Shown: positions 49,236 through 59,264 of the stretch, piece by piece | Layout of the letters: each line of letters begins with the position of its first letter | Position numbering within the stretch: position 1 is the first letter of the stretch | Assembly (NCBI GenBank): GCA_944345365.1 | Contig: CALVMJ010000001.1 | Coordinates: 75,228-139,227, forward strand | From: an uncultured Clostridia bacterium | GTDB taxonomy: Bacteria > Bacillota > Clostridia > Christensenellales > UBA1242 | Direction of reading: 5' to 3' | Length of the DNA: 64,000 nucleotides | Position numbers and translations under genes: made by a program | The notes under the pieces: model-generated | Database searches by the model: none | Seen by the model: the letters and a program-made list of their open reading frames with translations, nothing else | Told to the model about the DNA's origin: nothing

Positions 49236-49451
49236 TTATCTACAACCACAGCCACCGCAGCAACTTAAAAGAAGTAAAATTAAGATGATGTTACAGCAGT
49301 CACAACCGCCCATGCAAGAGTTGTCTCCACAATGGTTACAACCGCAACCACAGCATTGTAAAAGCCATATTAAGATTATGAGTGTAAAACAATCACAACC
49401 ACAGCAGTTGTTGTTTGCACAACCACCGCCAAATCCTCCAAATAAATTCAT
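49236..49451 (-). CDS. Cys-rich 71-aa protein with two hydrophobic cores (duplicated YjcZ-like tiny sporulation protein?)
   Basis: Strong RBS (TAGGAGGTACATATG) and a terminator GAGGG-GTTAAG-CCCTC downstream. 18 Cys arranged as CC/CGC clusters flanking FTLIILIWLL and NIILILLLL. Confidence 0.7.
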   Translation of the reverse strand: MNLFGGFGGGCANNNCCGCDCFTLIILIWLLQCCGCGCNHCGDNSCMGGCDCCNIILILLLLSCCGGCGCR

Positions 49452-49742
49452 ATGTACCTCCTAAAAATTTTTTCTTGATGTATTCTTGTGCATCACCTAC
49501 ACACTTTTATCTTATGCTGGAATAAAAAAAATGTTACAATCTGCTTTTTATGGAAATAATTTATATGCTAATTCTCTATTTGTGGTGAATTAATATTCTG
49601 TTGCTTATATAAAAAAGCCAAATGATTATTTTAATTAGCGACAGATAATTTTATAAAAACATGGGTGCTTTTGGTTGACTTATCCTATTGATTATATTAA
49701 AATTAAAGGGTAATAATTTACACAAATATATGCGAGGTAAAA

Positions 49743-52700
49743 ATGAACAGAAAATTACAAACAAAAAATGATAAATTTTTAAAAGGAACAGCTCTTGCTT
49801 TTGCAACTGCATTTGCCTTTACTTGTCTTCCTGTTGGTCTGGCAGATGATGTTTCTAAGGCAGATACAACACTTACCGACAAAACGATATATTTGCTTGA
49901 AGCTGGCGATGGAAAGGTTAATGTTGGAAATGACCATGTTATCAGGACAGCATATTTTGATAAGACTCAAAAAGTGCCTGTTGGACTTGAAAGCTACACT
50001 GATTATACTGGCGCAAATATTGAGGAATCAACTGTTAAAGTAACTTATGTTTCAACAGGTGAAAATGTTGAAATAAAAAAAGATGAAGACTCTAATATTA
50101 AAGGTGAAATGAGTGGAAGTGCAAGTGGTATGACATATGGCTCTTTTGATGTGCAAAAGGCTGGTGCATATATGGTTTCTTACTCTATCACGGTTGACGG
50201 AAAAGTTTACTCAATGAGCTTTGAAGTTGAAGGTGTGAGAAGTAGTGCCTCATTATCACTTAACGAGTTTGACGCAAATGTTTTGCCTACGGTTTATGAT
50301 GTGGCTTACGAAAAAGCAAAGGCTGATGGCAAATATAAATCTGTTGTTTTGCCTCTTCCAAAAGTTATGGGTGAAAATGCTAAAGAAATTGAAGGTGTTA
50401 AGTATTTTACAAACTCCGAATCAATCCCAGCAGAAGAAACGGATTATGTTGTAATTAGCGCTATGGGTGCAAATGGTAAGGCTGTTGGATTGACAAATGA
50501 CAACGGTAAAATTATTATAGATGGAGAGTATTTCAATCCTTCATCAGAATCTTATGTGGGACTTGGAATAACAAGTATATCATATAGGTATTACTCAAAA
50601 GCAAAGGGAAGCTCTGATGCAATTTTTGTTTCTTCTTTGCAAAAACAAATTAAAGTGGCAAATGAATATTACAAGGATTATGAAGTTAAAGCAACTGTCA
50701 ATGGAGATGATTTCTCGCTTGTAACAGGTGTTGAAGCAGAGCTCCCAGATATTTCAGCAACAGCTTCATTTAAAAATGTTGCTGGTACTACACAAAGCGA
50801 AAAAATAAATGTTAGCTATGACATTAAAGTTTCTTACCTTAATTCTGGAAAGTGGGAAGAAGCAACTGAAAGTATTGTAGATAACAAATTTACTCCTTCA
50901 AAAATCGGGGAATACAAATTTGAATACACTGTTACTGATTTTTATGGTAACAACAAAACAATTGATCCGATCACTGTTAAAGCAGAAGACACACAAGCTC
51001 CAGAAGTTTTTATGTTTGACGCAAGTGATTTAAGAAACTATAAAGATGAAGATATAACCAAGGTAATTGAAGAATATATTGATGCCTCGGCAAAACTTAA
51101 ATCAAAAACATCTACTGAAAATATTGTGATTTATGCTATTGGCGCAAAAGACAACTATTCAAAACTTGAAAACATTGACTTAACAAGAACAATTAGAAGT
51201 TCATCGTCTTCGGTTATAGAAATCAAGGATTATAATGAATATAACCTAGTATTTAACTATAATTATAAGTCTCTTAGCAGTAATGATTGGCTGGGAAAAG
51301 CTATTAAAGAGGCAATTTCTTCGGTAGCAGATGATAAAAAAGAAGAAGAAGCTGATACTTGGTTAAAAAAGAATAAATTCCTTAAAGTTGCTTACGAGCT
51401 CACTGATTATGGTCTGAAAGAAAAACTCACACAAGCAGGAGTTGAAACTGATAAAGATGCAGAAGGTTATGATATTGATCTTATAAAGATAAAATCAGCT
51501 GAGCTTGGGTATGCTTTCATTGATTCTGATAACGAATTAACAGGAAGTGAAAATGGAACAAATTACACAGTTATTTACAAGGCTAAAGACGAAGCAGGAA
51601 AAGAAACTACATGGCAAATGCCTGGTAATTTGACTGTTGTTAGTGGAGATTTTACAGAAAGCACGGAAGCTCCTACTGTTAATATTTCAACAGTTTTCTC
51701 TTCAAGTTATACAACAAAAGACATAATTAAATTTGAAGAGCCTACTGCTAGTCATGATATAGATAGCAGACTTGAGATAATTACTTCATATCAATTTAAA
51801 AATGCAAGCAAAGAAAACATTGGTGAGCCAGTTATCCTTGAAGACAAGTTTGAAATTGACCTTTCAAAAGCACCAGCAGGCGCAAGTTATGTTGTGATTA
51901 AAGCAAGTGCCACAAGTGATTATGGTGTTGAAGGCGTTTTTGAGAAGGAAATAGAAATTTCTGACATCAATGACAGTGTTGTTCCAACAGTCACAAGTGC
52001 TGGAAATGTTAGTGGAATGCTTGAACAAAATGCAGAAGTGATACTTCCAACAGTTGTGTATAGTGACGATTATGTTGCTGTTATGAACTCAAAGGTTGAA
52101 GTTTATAACTTAAAAGCAGATGGAACAAAGGTTGATGTAAGTGGAAGCGTTTATGACAAAAAATCTGTTTATAATATTCTTAAAGGTGAATACACTTATA
52201 CAGCTGGAAAGATAACACCTCCATATGCAGGAGATTATGAGGTTGTTGTTATTTCAGAAGATCCAGCAAATAACATCATTTCATCATATTATTTCTTCAC
52301 AGTTACATCAACTGAGCAGGATTTTATTAGAATAAACACATCTTCATCAATTAATGGAGACGGAACAGCTGTTGTTGGCAAATCTGTTGCTTTTGACATT
52401 CCAACAATTTCATACAATGTTGCAGAAGGGAAAGAAATTTTTGGTCTTGCAAGCAAAGAAGATAGCTCTGCAAAGTGGTTCCAAATAGAAAGTGTTTCTG
52501 CTCCGGGCGAGTTTGAAAAGACAAGTGAGAACACATTTGTGTTCAATAAATCTGGTGAATACAGCTTTAAATACACAGCAGATTTGTTTATTGTAGATTC
52601 AAGCAAAGGGTTAAAAGAAGATAAAACTGGTGTTTATTATGAAAGTGCAGGTAAAAAATATTATGCAGTAATTTCTTCAGAAGGAATGGTTACTGAATAT

Positions 52701-53666
52701 AAAACTCGTGAAGGAGAATCACTTAGTGGAGTTGACCTTGCAAATGCCTGCGAATATAAAGTTGTTCAAAGTGATGTTTACACACTTAAAGTAACTGATT
52801 CAACAGAATCAAGAACATATTATGTTAACTTTGGTGAGAATGGGGATTATGAAGAAAGTTACGCATTGGGATCAGAGATTAAAATTTACTCAGTTGGTGG
52901 TGACAAAAACATAGATCCTGAAAAATCAACAATAAAAATTAGCTATAATGGTCCAACGAGCAGTTCAAGAGAATATAAATTATCTGATTTTAATGGAAAG
53001 CTTGCAGACGAGTATTACGATGAAAATGGGAATATTATTTATGAGTTAAGCAGAAATGGATCATATACAATATCTTATAAAATAGTTGATAGTTATGGTA
53101 AAGAGTATCAATCAGCAAATGGAAAAACAAGTTATACTATAAGGGTTGGTGATACTGATAAACCAGAGATTGCTTTTGCAGAAGACTTCACCAAGGAAAC
53201 TTATAGCCTAAATGAAGAGCTCACGATTGATATTTCAAAAATCATACTTTCCGACAACGGAATTGGAGCAGGAGACTCAGAAGCTGATAAAGCTATGAGA
53301 GAAAAACTCCTTGAAACAATCAAAATATCTGTATCGAGAAAAGATGATTCAGGAAATTGGATTGCAGTTGAAAACAAAGGAAATGCCGAGGACTTGATTT
53401 TCAAATATAAGCTTGAAACTGCTGGTGAATACAAAATAACTGTTTCTGTTGAAGACGAAGTTGAATGGAAAACAGAACAAACAAAAACATTCACTGTTAG
53501 CACAGAAGGGAAAAAACCTGGTGTTCCAACTCAGACAATTGGAATAATTTTGATTGTTCTTTCAGTTTTAGTCCTTGCTGGTGTTATTGCTTACTTTGTG
53601 ATTTCAAAGGTTAAGGCAAACAAAAAAGGTGTTAAGACAGTTAAGAAAAGTAAAAACAAAAAATAA
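49743..53666 (+). CDS. 1307-aa cell-surface protein with signal peptide, multiple Ig-like/beta domains and a C-terminal TM anchor
   Basis: Signal peptide GTALAFATAFAFTCLPVGLA. Domain boundaries of the D-T-x-x-P-E-(V/I) type (EDTQAPEVFMFD, GDTDKPEIAFAE). C-terminus TIGIILIVLSVLVLAGVIAYFVI plus a K-rich tail. Confidence 0.85.
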   Translation: MNRKLQTKNDKFLKGTALAFATAFAFTCLPVGLADDVSKADTTLTDKTIYLLEAGDGKVNVGNDHVIRTAYFDKTQKVPVGLESYTDYTGANIEESTVKVTYVSTGENVEIKKDEDSNIKGEMSGSASGMTYGSFDVQKAGAYMVSYSITVDGKVYSMSFEVEGVRSSASLSLNEFDANVLPTVYDVAYEKAKADGKYKSVVLPLPKVMGENAKEIEGVKYFTNSESIPAEETDYVVISAMGANGKAVGLTNDNGKIIIDGEYFNPSSESYVGLGITSISYRYYSKAKGSSDAIFVSSLQKQIKVANEYYKDYEVKATVNGDDFSLVTGVEAELPDISATASFKNVAGTTQSEKINVSYDIKVSYLNSGKWEEATESIVDNKFTPSKIGEYKFEYTVTDFYGNNKTIDPITVKAEDTQAPEVFMFDASDLRNYKDEDITKVIEEYIDASAKLKSKTSTENIVIYAIGAKDNYSKLENIDLTRTIRSSSSSVIEIKDYNEYNLVFNYNYKSLSSNDWLGKAIKEAISSVADDKKEEEADTWLKKNKFLKVAYELTDYGLKEKLTQAGVETDKDAEGYDIDLIKIKSAELGYAFIDSDNELTGSENGTNYTVIYKAKDEAGKETTWQMPGNLTVVSGDFTESTEAPTVNISTVFSSSYTTKDIIKFEEPTASHDIDSRLEIITSYQFKNASKENIGEPVILEDKFEIDLSKAPAGASYVVIKASATSDYGVEGVFEKEIEISDINDSVVPTVTSAGNVSGMLEQNAEVILPTVVYSDDYVAVMNSKVEVYNLKADGTKVDVSGSVYDKKSVYNILKGEYTYTAGKITPPYAGDYEVVVISEDPANNIISSYYFFTVTSTEQDFIRINTSSSINGDGTAVVGKSVAFDIPTISYNVAEGKEIFGLASKEDSSAKWFQIESVSAPGEFEKTSENTFVFNKSGEYSFKYTADLFIVDSSKGLKEDKTGVYYESAGKKYYAVISSEGMVTEYKTREGESLSGVDLANACEYKVVQSDVYTLKVTDSTESRTYYVNFGENGDYEESYALGSEIKIYSVGGDKNIDPEKSTIKISYNGPTSSSREYKLSDFNGKLADEYYDENGNIIYELSRNGSYTISYKIVDSYGKEYQSANGKTSYTIRVGDTDKPEIAFAEDFTKETYSLNEELTIDISKIILSDNGIGAGDSEADKAMREKLLETIKISVSRKDDSGNWIAVENKGNAEDLIFKYKLETAGEYKITVSVEDEVEWKTEQTKTFTVSTEGKKPGVPTQTIGIILIVLSVLVLAGVIAYFVISKVKANKKGVKTVKKSKNKK

Positions 53667-53667
53667 T

Positions 53668-53696
53668 AAAAAAAGTCACTAATGTGACTTTTTTTA
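53668..53696 (+). terminator. Rho-independent terminator after the surface-protein gene
   Basis: AAAAAAAGTCAC-TAAT-GTGACTTTTTTT. Confidence 0.8.
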
Positions 53697-53853
53697 TTGA
53701 AAAAAAATAAGTGTTTAAAATAAGTCTGTTAATCTTTTTTAATTATATAAAACTTATTATAAGAAAAATTTATGACATAATTGTTTAAAAGGCAAATTGT
53801 CATTTTTATGGCAAATCAAAAAAAACAAAAACATTTTAGATTACTTAAAACAC

Positions 53854-53882
53854 TTGACAAAATTTTGCGTTTATGATATATT
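53854..53882 (+). promoter_or_regulatory. Sigma-A promoter of the rplU-prp-rpmA operon (followed by a leader of about 75 nt)
   Basis: TTGACA, a 17-nt spacer, then TG-A-TATATT (extended -10). Confidence 0.7.
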
Positions 53883-53963
53883 ATCAAAGTATCCGCATAC
53901 AAAAGGTTATAAAAGTTCGAAAGACACCTGGTAAGTAGCGAGTTTGGTTAGAGGAGGTTAAAT

Positions 53964-54272
53964 ATGTTTGCAGTTATTCAAACTGGTGGGAAACAATACA
54001 AGGTTTCTGCTAACGAAGTTATTCGCGTTGAAAAACTTGACGCTAGTGTTGGCGACAAAATAAGCTTTGATGTTTTACTTATATGTGATGAAGATAAAAC
54101 AGTTGTTGGAACACCTTATGTTAAAGATGCTGTGGTTGAGGCAGAAGTTCTTGGTCAAGGCAAAGAAGACAAGATTGTTGTTTTTAAGTATAAGCCAAAG
54201 AAAAATGTTCGTAAAAAACAAGGACACAGACAACCTTACACAGAATTAAAAATCGTTTCAATAAAGAAATAA
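53964..54272 (+). CDS. rplU: 50S ribosomal protein L21
   Basis: [14 protein letters not shown] is the canonical L21 start. Confidence 0.97.
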   Translation: MFAVIQTGGKQYKVSANEVIRVEKLDASVGDKISFDVLLICDEDKTVVGTPYVKDAVVEAEVLGQGKEDKIVVFKYKPKKNVRKKQGHRQPYTELKIVSIKK

Positions 54273-54274
54273 TT

Positions 54275-54601
54275 ATGACAAAAATAGTTTTTTATTCAAA
54301 TAAAGGAAGATTGATCGCTTTTGAAATAAGTGGACATACAGGTTTAATGGAAAGTGGAAAAGATATACTTTGTGCATCGATTTCCTCTATTGCTCAAATG
54401 GCAGTTTTGGGGATTAAAGATGAACTTAAACTAAAACCTTTTATTAAGGTCAAAGATGGTTATTTAAAGCTAAGCCTATTACAAAAAGATTTTGATAATC
54501 AAGGGGCACAACTTTTGCTAAAAACCTGTTTAGATTCCCTTAGACAAGTGATTAAGCATTACAAAAAATATGTTATTTTGGAGGTAAAAGAGAATGTTTA
54601 A
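54275..54601 (+). CDS. prp: Ribosomal-processing cysteine protease Prp
   Basis: SGHTG...DILCASISS catalytic His/Cys dyad, positioned between rplU and rpmA. Confidence 0.9.
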   Translation: MTKIVFYSNKGRLIAFEISGHTGLMESGKDILCASISSIAQMAVLGIKDELKLKPFIKVKDGYLKLSLLQKDFDNQGAQLLLKTCLDSLRQVIKHYKKYVILEVKENV

Positions 54602-54863
54602 TTTTAATATTCAGCTTTTTGCTCATAAAAAAGGTGGTGGTAGTTCCAAGAACGGTAGAGAATCACAAAGCAAAAGACTTGGAGTTAAGGCGTATGATGG
54701 ACAAAGAGTTCTTGCTGGTTCAATAATCGTAAGACAAAGAGGAACAAAAGTTTATCCTGGTGCCAATGTTGGACTTGGAAAGGATTATACACTTTTCGCC
54801 ACAAAAGATGGGGTTGTTAAATTCGGCTCATCAAGAGGCAAAAAGATAGTTAGCATAATATAA
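54594..54863 (+). CDS. rpmA: 50S ribosomal protein L27 (with cleavable N-terminal extension)
   Basis: [32 protein letters not shown]: the Firmicute pro-sequence precedes the mature AHKK. Confidence 0.97.
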   Translation: MFNFNIQLFAHKKGGGSSKNGRESQSKRLGVKAYDGQRVLAGSIIVRQRGTKVYPGANVGLGKDYTLFATKDGVVKFGSSRGKKIVSII

Positions 54864-54868
54864 TATTT

Positions 54869-54896
54869 AAAGATACGAGAAAATCGTATCTTTTTT
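54869..54896 (+). terminator. Rho-independent terminator after rpmA
   Basis: GATACGA-GAAAA-TCGTATC followed by TTTTTT. Confidence 0.8.
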
Positions 54897-54922
54897 AATT
54901 GCTTTTGTGCTATAATTTTCTT

Positions 54923-55753
54923 ATGGAATACAGAATAGAAAAAGATAAGATCAAAATAATTGGGAAAGAAGATTTTAATGTTTTTCACATTTTAGAATGT
55001 GGGCAAATTTTTGCTTTTGATAAAAATGTTGTTTATTCAGGTAAAGAAAAAGCTGAAATAATTGAAAATGAAGAAGGGTTTGAAATAATTTCTACCAACG
55101 CAGAATATTTTGAAAACTTCTTTGATTTAAAAACAGATTATTCAAAAATTAAGCTTAACCTTAAAAACTATCCAATATTAACAGGACCCATAAAGTATGG
55201 TAGTGGGATAAGAATTTTGAAAAACGATATATTTGAAGTTCTTATTTCGTTTATAATTTCGGCTAACAACAACATTAAAAGAATCAAGTTGATACTTTCA
55301 AGACTTAGATTAAACCTTGGAGAGAATATGGGGGATTATTACGCTTTTCCAAGCTATGAAAAATTAAAGGGGGCCAGTCAAAATTTTTTTGAAGAAGTTG
55401 GTTGTGGGTATAGGGCGAAATATCTTTACAAAGTTTTAAGAGAGGTTACGCCGAACGAGTTGGTGTCTTGGCAAAAGCTTAGTACTTGTGATCTTAAAGA
55501 AAAGTTAATTAATCTTTCTGGGATTGGTCCAAAAGTGGCTGATTGCATAATGCTCTTTGGATATGGAAGGAAAGATGTTTTTCCGGTTGATACATGGATT
55601 AGCAAAATGTATAATCTTTATTATCAAAAAGAAGACAATAGAAACATAATCAGAAAAAATTTGCTAAGTGAATTTGGAGATTTAAGCGGATATGCTCAGC
55701 AATATTTATTCTTTTGGCAAAGAAATTATTTAAAAAAAATAATAGGCAATTAA
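54923..55753 (+). CDS. ogg: 8-oxoguanine DNA glycosylase (OGG1-type HhH-GPD enzyme)
   Basis: GIGPKVADCIMLFGYGRKDVFPVDTWI contains the catalytic Lys and Asp of the Ogg family. ATG at 54923 lies 7 nt after TGCTATAAT, which suggests a leaderless mRNA. Confidence 0.8.
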   Translation: MEYRIEKDKIKIIGKEDFNVFHILECGQIFAFDKNVVYSGKEKAEIIENEEGFEIISTNAEYFENFFDLKTDYSKIKLNLKNYPILTGPIKYGSGIRILKNDIFEVLISFIISANNNIKRIKLILSRLRLNLGENMGDYYAFPSYEKLKGASQNFFEEVGCGYRAKYLYKVLREVTPNELVSWQKLSTCDLKEKLINLSGIGPKVADCIMLFGYGRKDVFPVDTWISKMYNLYYQKEDNRNIIRKNLLSEFGDLSGYAQQYLFFWQRNYLKKIIGN

Positions 55754-55859
55754 GGAAGATAACACCTTCCTTTTTTTTATATATAGATTACTTATTTTAA
55801 AAAGGGTATTTACAAATACAAACTTTTGTGTTAAAATAGGCTAACAAAGGAGAAAAAAT

Positions 55860-56384
55860 ATGGAATTTGCTCTATTTTGGACAGAAATGTCGTGGATTGT
55901 TATCTTATTATTCGTTCTTTCCATAGGTTTTGCAATTGCTGAAGGCCTTATTCCTGGCTTTGGCGTTTGTGGAATTATGTCAGTAATTTGTGCTACAGGT
56001 GCTCTAGTTTTGGAGGGAGTTTTTACAAAATCAGTTTTTGCTGTTTTGTTTTTACTAGTTTTGTATATGGTTATTGGCATAGTGCTTTTTGCTATTTTTG
56101 TTCGTTCGGCAAGAAAGGGTATTTTAAGAAAAACTCCTATAATAGAAAGCAAAAGTTCAGTTCCACAAAACTATGGTGAGGATCTAGAAAAAAAGCTTCT
56201 TGTGGGGAAGGTGGGGGTTGTTGTTTCAGAATGCAAGCCAGTTGGAAAGGCTGAATTTGAGGGTAAAACCTTTACAATTATTTCACGTAATCATAATATT
56301 TCGATTGGAAAACTGGTTGTTGTTGAAGAAATAAAAGACAATTCCATTTTTGTTAAAGAAATTAAAGGAGGAAAAGATGAATAG
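55860..56384 (+). CDS. NfeD-family membrane protein
   Basis: Three or four TM helices followed by a C-terminal OB-fold segment GKVGVVVSECKPVGKAEFEGKTFTIIS. Immediately upstream of floA. Confidence 0.8.
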   Translation: MEFALFWTEMSWIVILLFVLSIGFAIAEGLIPGFGVCGIMSVICATGALVLEGVFTKSVFAVLFLLVLYMVIGIVLFAIFVRSARKGILRKTPIIESKSSVPQNYGEDLEKKLLVGKVGVVVSECKPVGKAEFEGKTFTIISRNHNISIGKLVVVEEIKDNSIFVKEIKGGKDE

Positions 56385-57387
56385 TTTAATGTTAGCATTA
56401 GGGGCAGGGTATATAGCTTTAATAGTTATTGCCTCGCTATTAATATGCTTTGTTGTGGTTATGTTAATTCTTGTGCCACTTAAACCTTGGTTTATGGCAG
56501 TTGTCTCAGGAGCGCATATTTCAATGGTTAGACTTATTGGTATGAGGCTTAGAAAGGTTGATACTAAAAACATTGTTCTTGCTTACATAATGGCAAGAAA
56601 GGCAGGACTTGATATTTCTGTCGTAGATCTAGAAACTCACTACATGGCCGGAGGTAATGTCGACAAGGTTATTAAAGCTTTAATTGCAGCGCATAGTGCT
56701 AAACTTGACCTTTCAATAGATTTAGCAAAAGCGATTGACCTTGCTGGAAGTAACGTTGTTGAAGCCGTTGAAACTTGTGTTACACCTAAAATTATCGAAG
56801 TTCATGACATTGCAGCTCTTGCACAAGATGGTATTGAGGTAAAAGTTAATGTTAAAGTTACCGTTAAAACTGACATAAAAGAACTTGTGGGAGGGGCAAG
56901 AGAAGAGACAATCATTGCCCGTGTTGGTAAAGGTATTGTTAGTTGTATAGGTGCAGCTGAAAGCTATAATGCTCTTTTAGAAGACCCTGCTGCAATCGCA
57001 GAGAGAATTCAGAGTATGGGGCTAGATGATGGAACTGCCTATGATATTATCTCGGTCGATGTTGCTGACATTGATATTGGTAGAAATGTTGGTGCAAAAC
57101 TTGAAACAGAAGAAGCAGAAAAAAATAAAGTACTTGCCCAAGCTCAGGCAGAAAGGATCAGATCTATTGCTGTTGCTGAAGAACAAAAGATGAAGGCTAA
57201 AACCCAAGAAATGAAGGCTGGCGTGCTTGCAGCCGAGGCAGAAATTCCAAAAGCTATCGCTCAGGCAATTAGAAATGGTCAATTTGGAGTTTTAGATTAT
57301 TATAAACTTCAAAACTTGCAAGCTGACACAGCTATGAGAAATTCTATCGCTGGAGTAGAAGAAAACAAATCTGATGATGAAGACTAG
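56377..57387 (+). CDS. floA: Flotillin-like protein FloA (SPFH domain, YqfA)
   Basis: N-terminal hairpin TM, SGAHISMVRLIGMRLRKV, and an A/E-rich coiled C-terminus. RBS AAAGGAGGAAAAG. Confidence 0.85.
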   Translation: MNSLMLALGAGYIALIVIASLLICFVVVMLILVPLKPWFMAVVSGAHISMVRLIGMRLRKVDTKNIVLAYIMARKAGLDISVVDLETHYMAGGNVDKVIKALIAAHSAKLDLSIDLAKAIDLAGSNVVEAVETCVTPKIIEVHDIAALAQDGIEVKVNVKVTVKTDIKELVGGAREETIIARVGKGIVSCIGAAESYNALLEDPAAIAERIQSMGLDDGTAYDIISVDVADIDIGRNVGAKLETEEAEKNKVLAQAQAERIRSIAVAEEQKMKAKTQEMKAGVLAAEAEIPKAIAQAIRNGQFGVLDYYKLQNLQADTAMRNSIAGVEENKSDDED

Positions 57388-57404
57388 GCATCTGAGGTGA
57401 AACC

Positions 57405-57845
57405 ATGTGGTGGATAGGAGTTATAGTAGTTTTTGGACTTTTTATCTTATACATTATTTATGATCAAAGAAAAAAGATTTTTAAGAAAAGAAAAAAGAAG
57501 GAAAAGATAAAAAAACAAATTTCAACTGAAAGTAAAGAAAAACCTAAAAGTGTTGAAAAAAAAGAACTTAAAGTTTCTTTTGAGGAGAAAAGTCTTTCGA
57601 GTGTTAAACCTGTGATTGAGGAAATTGAAAATCTATCTAATGAAGACGAAAAAAATGAAGAAATTTTTGAAGATTTTCAGGGAGAGAAAATTAATCAAAT
57701 GAAAAGATTTTTTTCAAAAAACAGCAGAGTTTATAAAGACGAAAACCTTTCTAAATCTGCATCAATAAAGAAGCAAATAAAAGATCTTAGTCCCGAAATG
57801 AAAGCAATTTTATTTGCAGATATACTTAACAGAAAGGAAGATTAA
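57405..57845 (+). CDS. Single-TM charged protein (YqfB-position hypothetical)
   Basis: N-terminal TM WWIGVIVVFGLFILYIIY followed by a K/E-rich tail. Confidence 0.6.
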   Translation: MWWIGVIVVFGLFILYIIYDQRKKIFKKRKKKEKIKKQISTESKEKPKSVEKKELKVSFEEKSLSSVKPVIEEIENLSNEDEKNEEIFEDFQGEKINQMKRFFSKNSRVYKDENLSKSASIKKQIKDLSPEMKAILFADILNRKED

Positions 57846-57882
57846 TTCTAATTTAAATTGGACACGCATAAGATAAATTGAG

Positions 57883-58146
57883 GTGAGCGTGTTCAATTTT
57901 TTTTCTGAAGTGAAGAAGGGAGTTAAAAATTTTGATTTAACCGGCAAGTATAACATTGTCAATATTTCTGGTGAGATCCTTTATGTTGAAGGTCACAAAG
58001 GTGTCGCATTGCTCTCAAAAACTCAAATTTCTTTTAAGGTAAAAAATGGAAGACTTCTTATAGAGGGAGATAACTTGGTTTTAGTCGAACTGACCGAGGA
58101 CACCTTAAAAATTTCTGGTAAAATTTCAAAAATTGAGGCTTTATAG
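57883..58146 (+). CDS. yqfC: Sporulation protein YqfC (YabP family)
   Basis: 87 aa. ISGEILYVEGHKGVALLSKTQISFKV...LLIEGDNLVLVELTEDTLKISGKISKIE matches the YabP/YqfC pattern. GTG start after GAGGTGA. Confidence 0.8.
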   Translation: MSVFNFFSEVKKGVKNFDLTGKYNIVNISGEILYVEGHKGVALLSKTQISFKVKNGRLLIEGDNLVLVELTEDTLKISGKISKIEAL

Positions 58147-59264
58147 TGAAAAGTTTTTATCAATTTGAAGTCAAAGGATATAATCAGGAAAAGTTCTTTA
58201 ATGAATTGTCAAAATCTTGTAAGGTTTTTGATATAAACAGAATTTCTAAGGAACATTCTTTTTTTAAAACTAATTTTTTTGATCATAGTAAAGCGGAAAA
58301 GTTAATTAATGAGTTTAATTTGCAGATAATTTCCGTAAAAAAAACAGGCATATTTTCATCTTTAAGTAAAATTTTAACCTCTTATGGTTTGATTATTGGC
58401 TTTATAATTGGCTTAGCATTATTAGTAATAGATTCTTGTTTTATAAGAAAAATTGAAGTTTGGGGAAATGAAAAAATTTCTGATAAAGAAGTGATTGAAG
58501 TTGTTGATGACAGCATAGGAAACGGATTTAAGTCAAAAATTGACACAAAGATTATTGAAAGCCTAATTTATTCTAGTTTTGAAAGCCTTAGCTTTGTTTC
58601 AGTGGCTGTTGTCGGACAAACAATTATTGTTAATATCAAAGAAGAACTTATTCCAGAAGAAATGACTGGTAATTTTTTGCCGGTAATATCAAACTTTGAT
58701 GGTCGTATTACTAAAACAGAGTTAATACAAGGAACTCTTTGCGTTAAGGTTGGAGATATTGTTCAAAAGGGTGATACACTTGTATTGCCCTACATTACTA
58801 ATTCTAGTGGAGAACAAATGCCTGTTAAGGCAATGGCTAATATTTGGGCTGATGTGTGGATAATAGAAGAGGAAATCCATAATAGTTGTTATGAAGAAGT
58901 TTATAGAACTGGAAAAAAGATTATTAATAACGAAATATTTTTATTTTCACTAAAAATTTATGAAAAAAAACAAGAAAATGTTTTTGAAAATTATGAAATA
59001 GTGGAAAGCGTTAGTACATTAAATAAAAACAATCTCTTGCCGTTTGTTTTAAAAACAACAACAATTTATGAAGCTGCAACTAAATTGGTAGAAATTCCTT
59101 TTTCACAGGTAAAAGACTCTTTAATAGAAAAAGCCAAGGCAAAAGCCTTGCAAAAAGTTGAGGAATATGAGATAATAAAAGAAGAAAGGGTGGATATAAG
59201 AGAGGTTGGAAATATAACATCAATTTCTTATATTATTACACTTAACCGTAAAATTGGAGAATAG
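58146..59264 (+). CDS. yqfD: Sporulation protein YqfD
   Basis: About 372 aa with one central TM, immediately downstream of yqfC. RKIEVWGNEKISDKEV is the typical block. Confidence 0.75.
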   Translation: MKSFYQFEVKGYNQEKFFNELSKSCKVFDINRISKEHSFFKTNFFDHSKAEKLINEFNLQIISVKKTGIFSSLSKILTSYGLIIGFIIGLALLVIDSCFIRKIEVWGNEKISDKEVIEVVDDSIGNGFKSKIDTKIIESLIYSSFESLSFVSVAVVGQTIIVNIKEELIPEEMTGNFLPVISNFDGRITKTELIQGTLCVKVGDIVQKGDTLVLPYITNSSGEQMPVKAMANIWADVWIIEEEIHNSCYEEVYRTGKKIINNEIFLFSLKIYEKKQENVFENYEIVESVSTLNKNNLLPFVLKTTTIYEAATKLVEIPFSQVKDSLIEKAKAKALQKVEEYEIIKEERVDIREVGNITSISYIITLNRKIGE

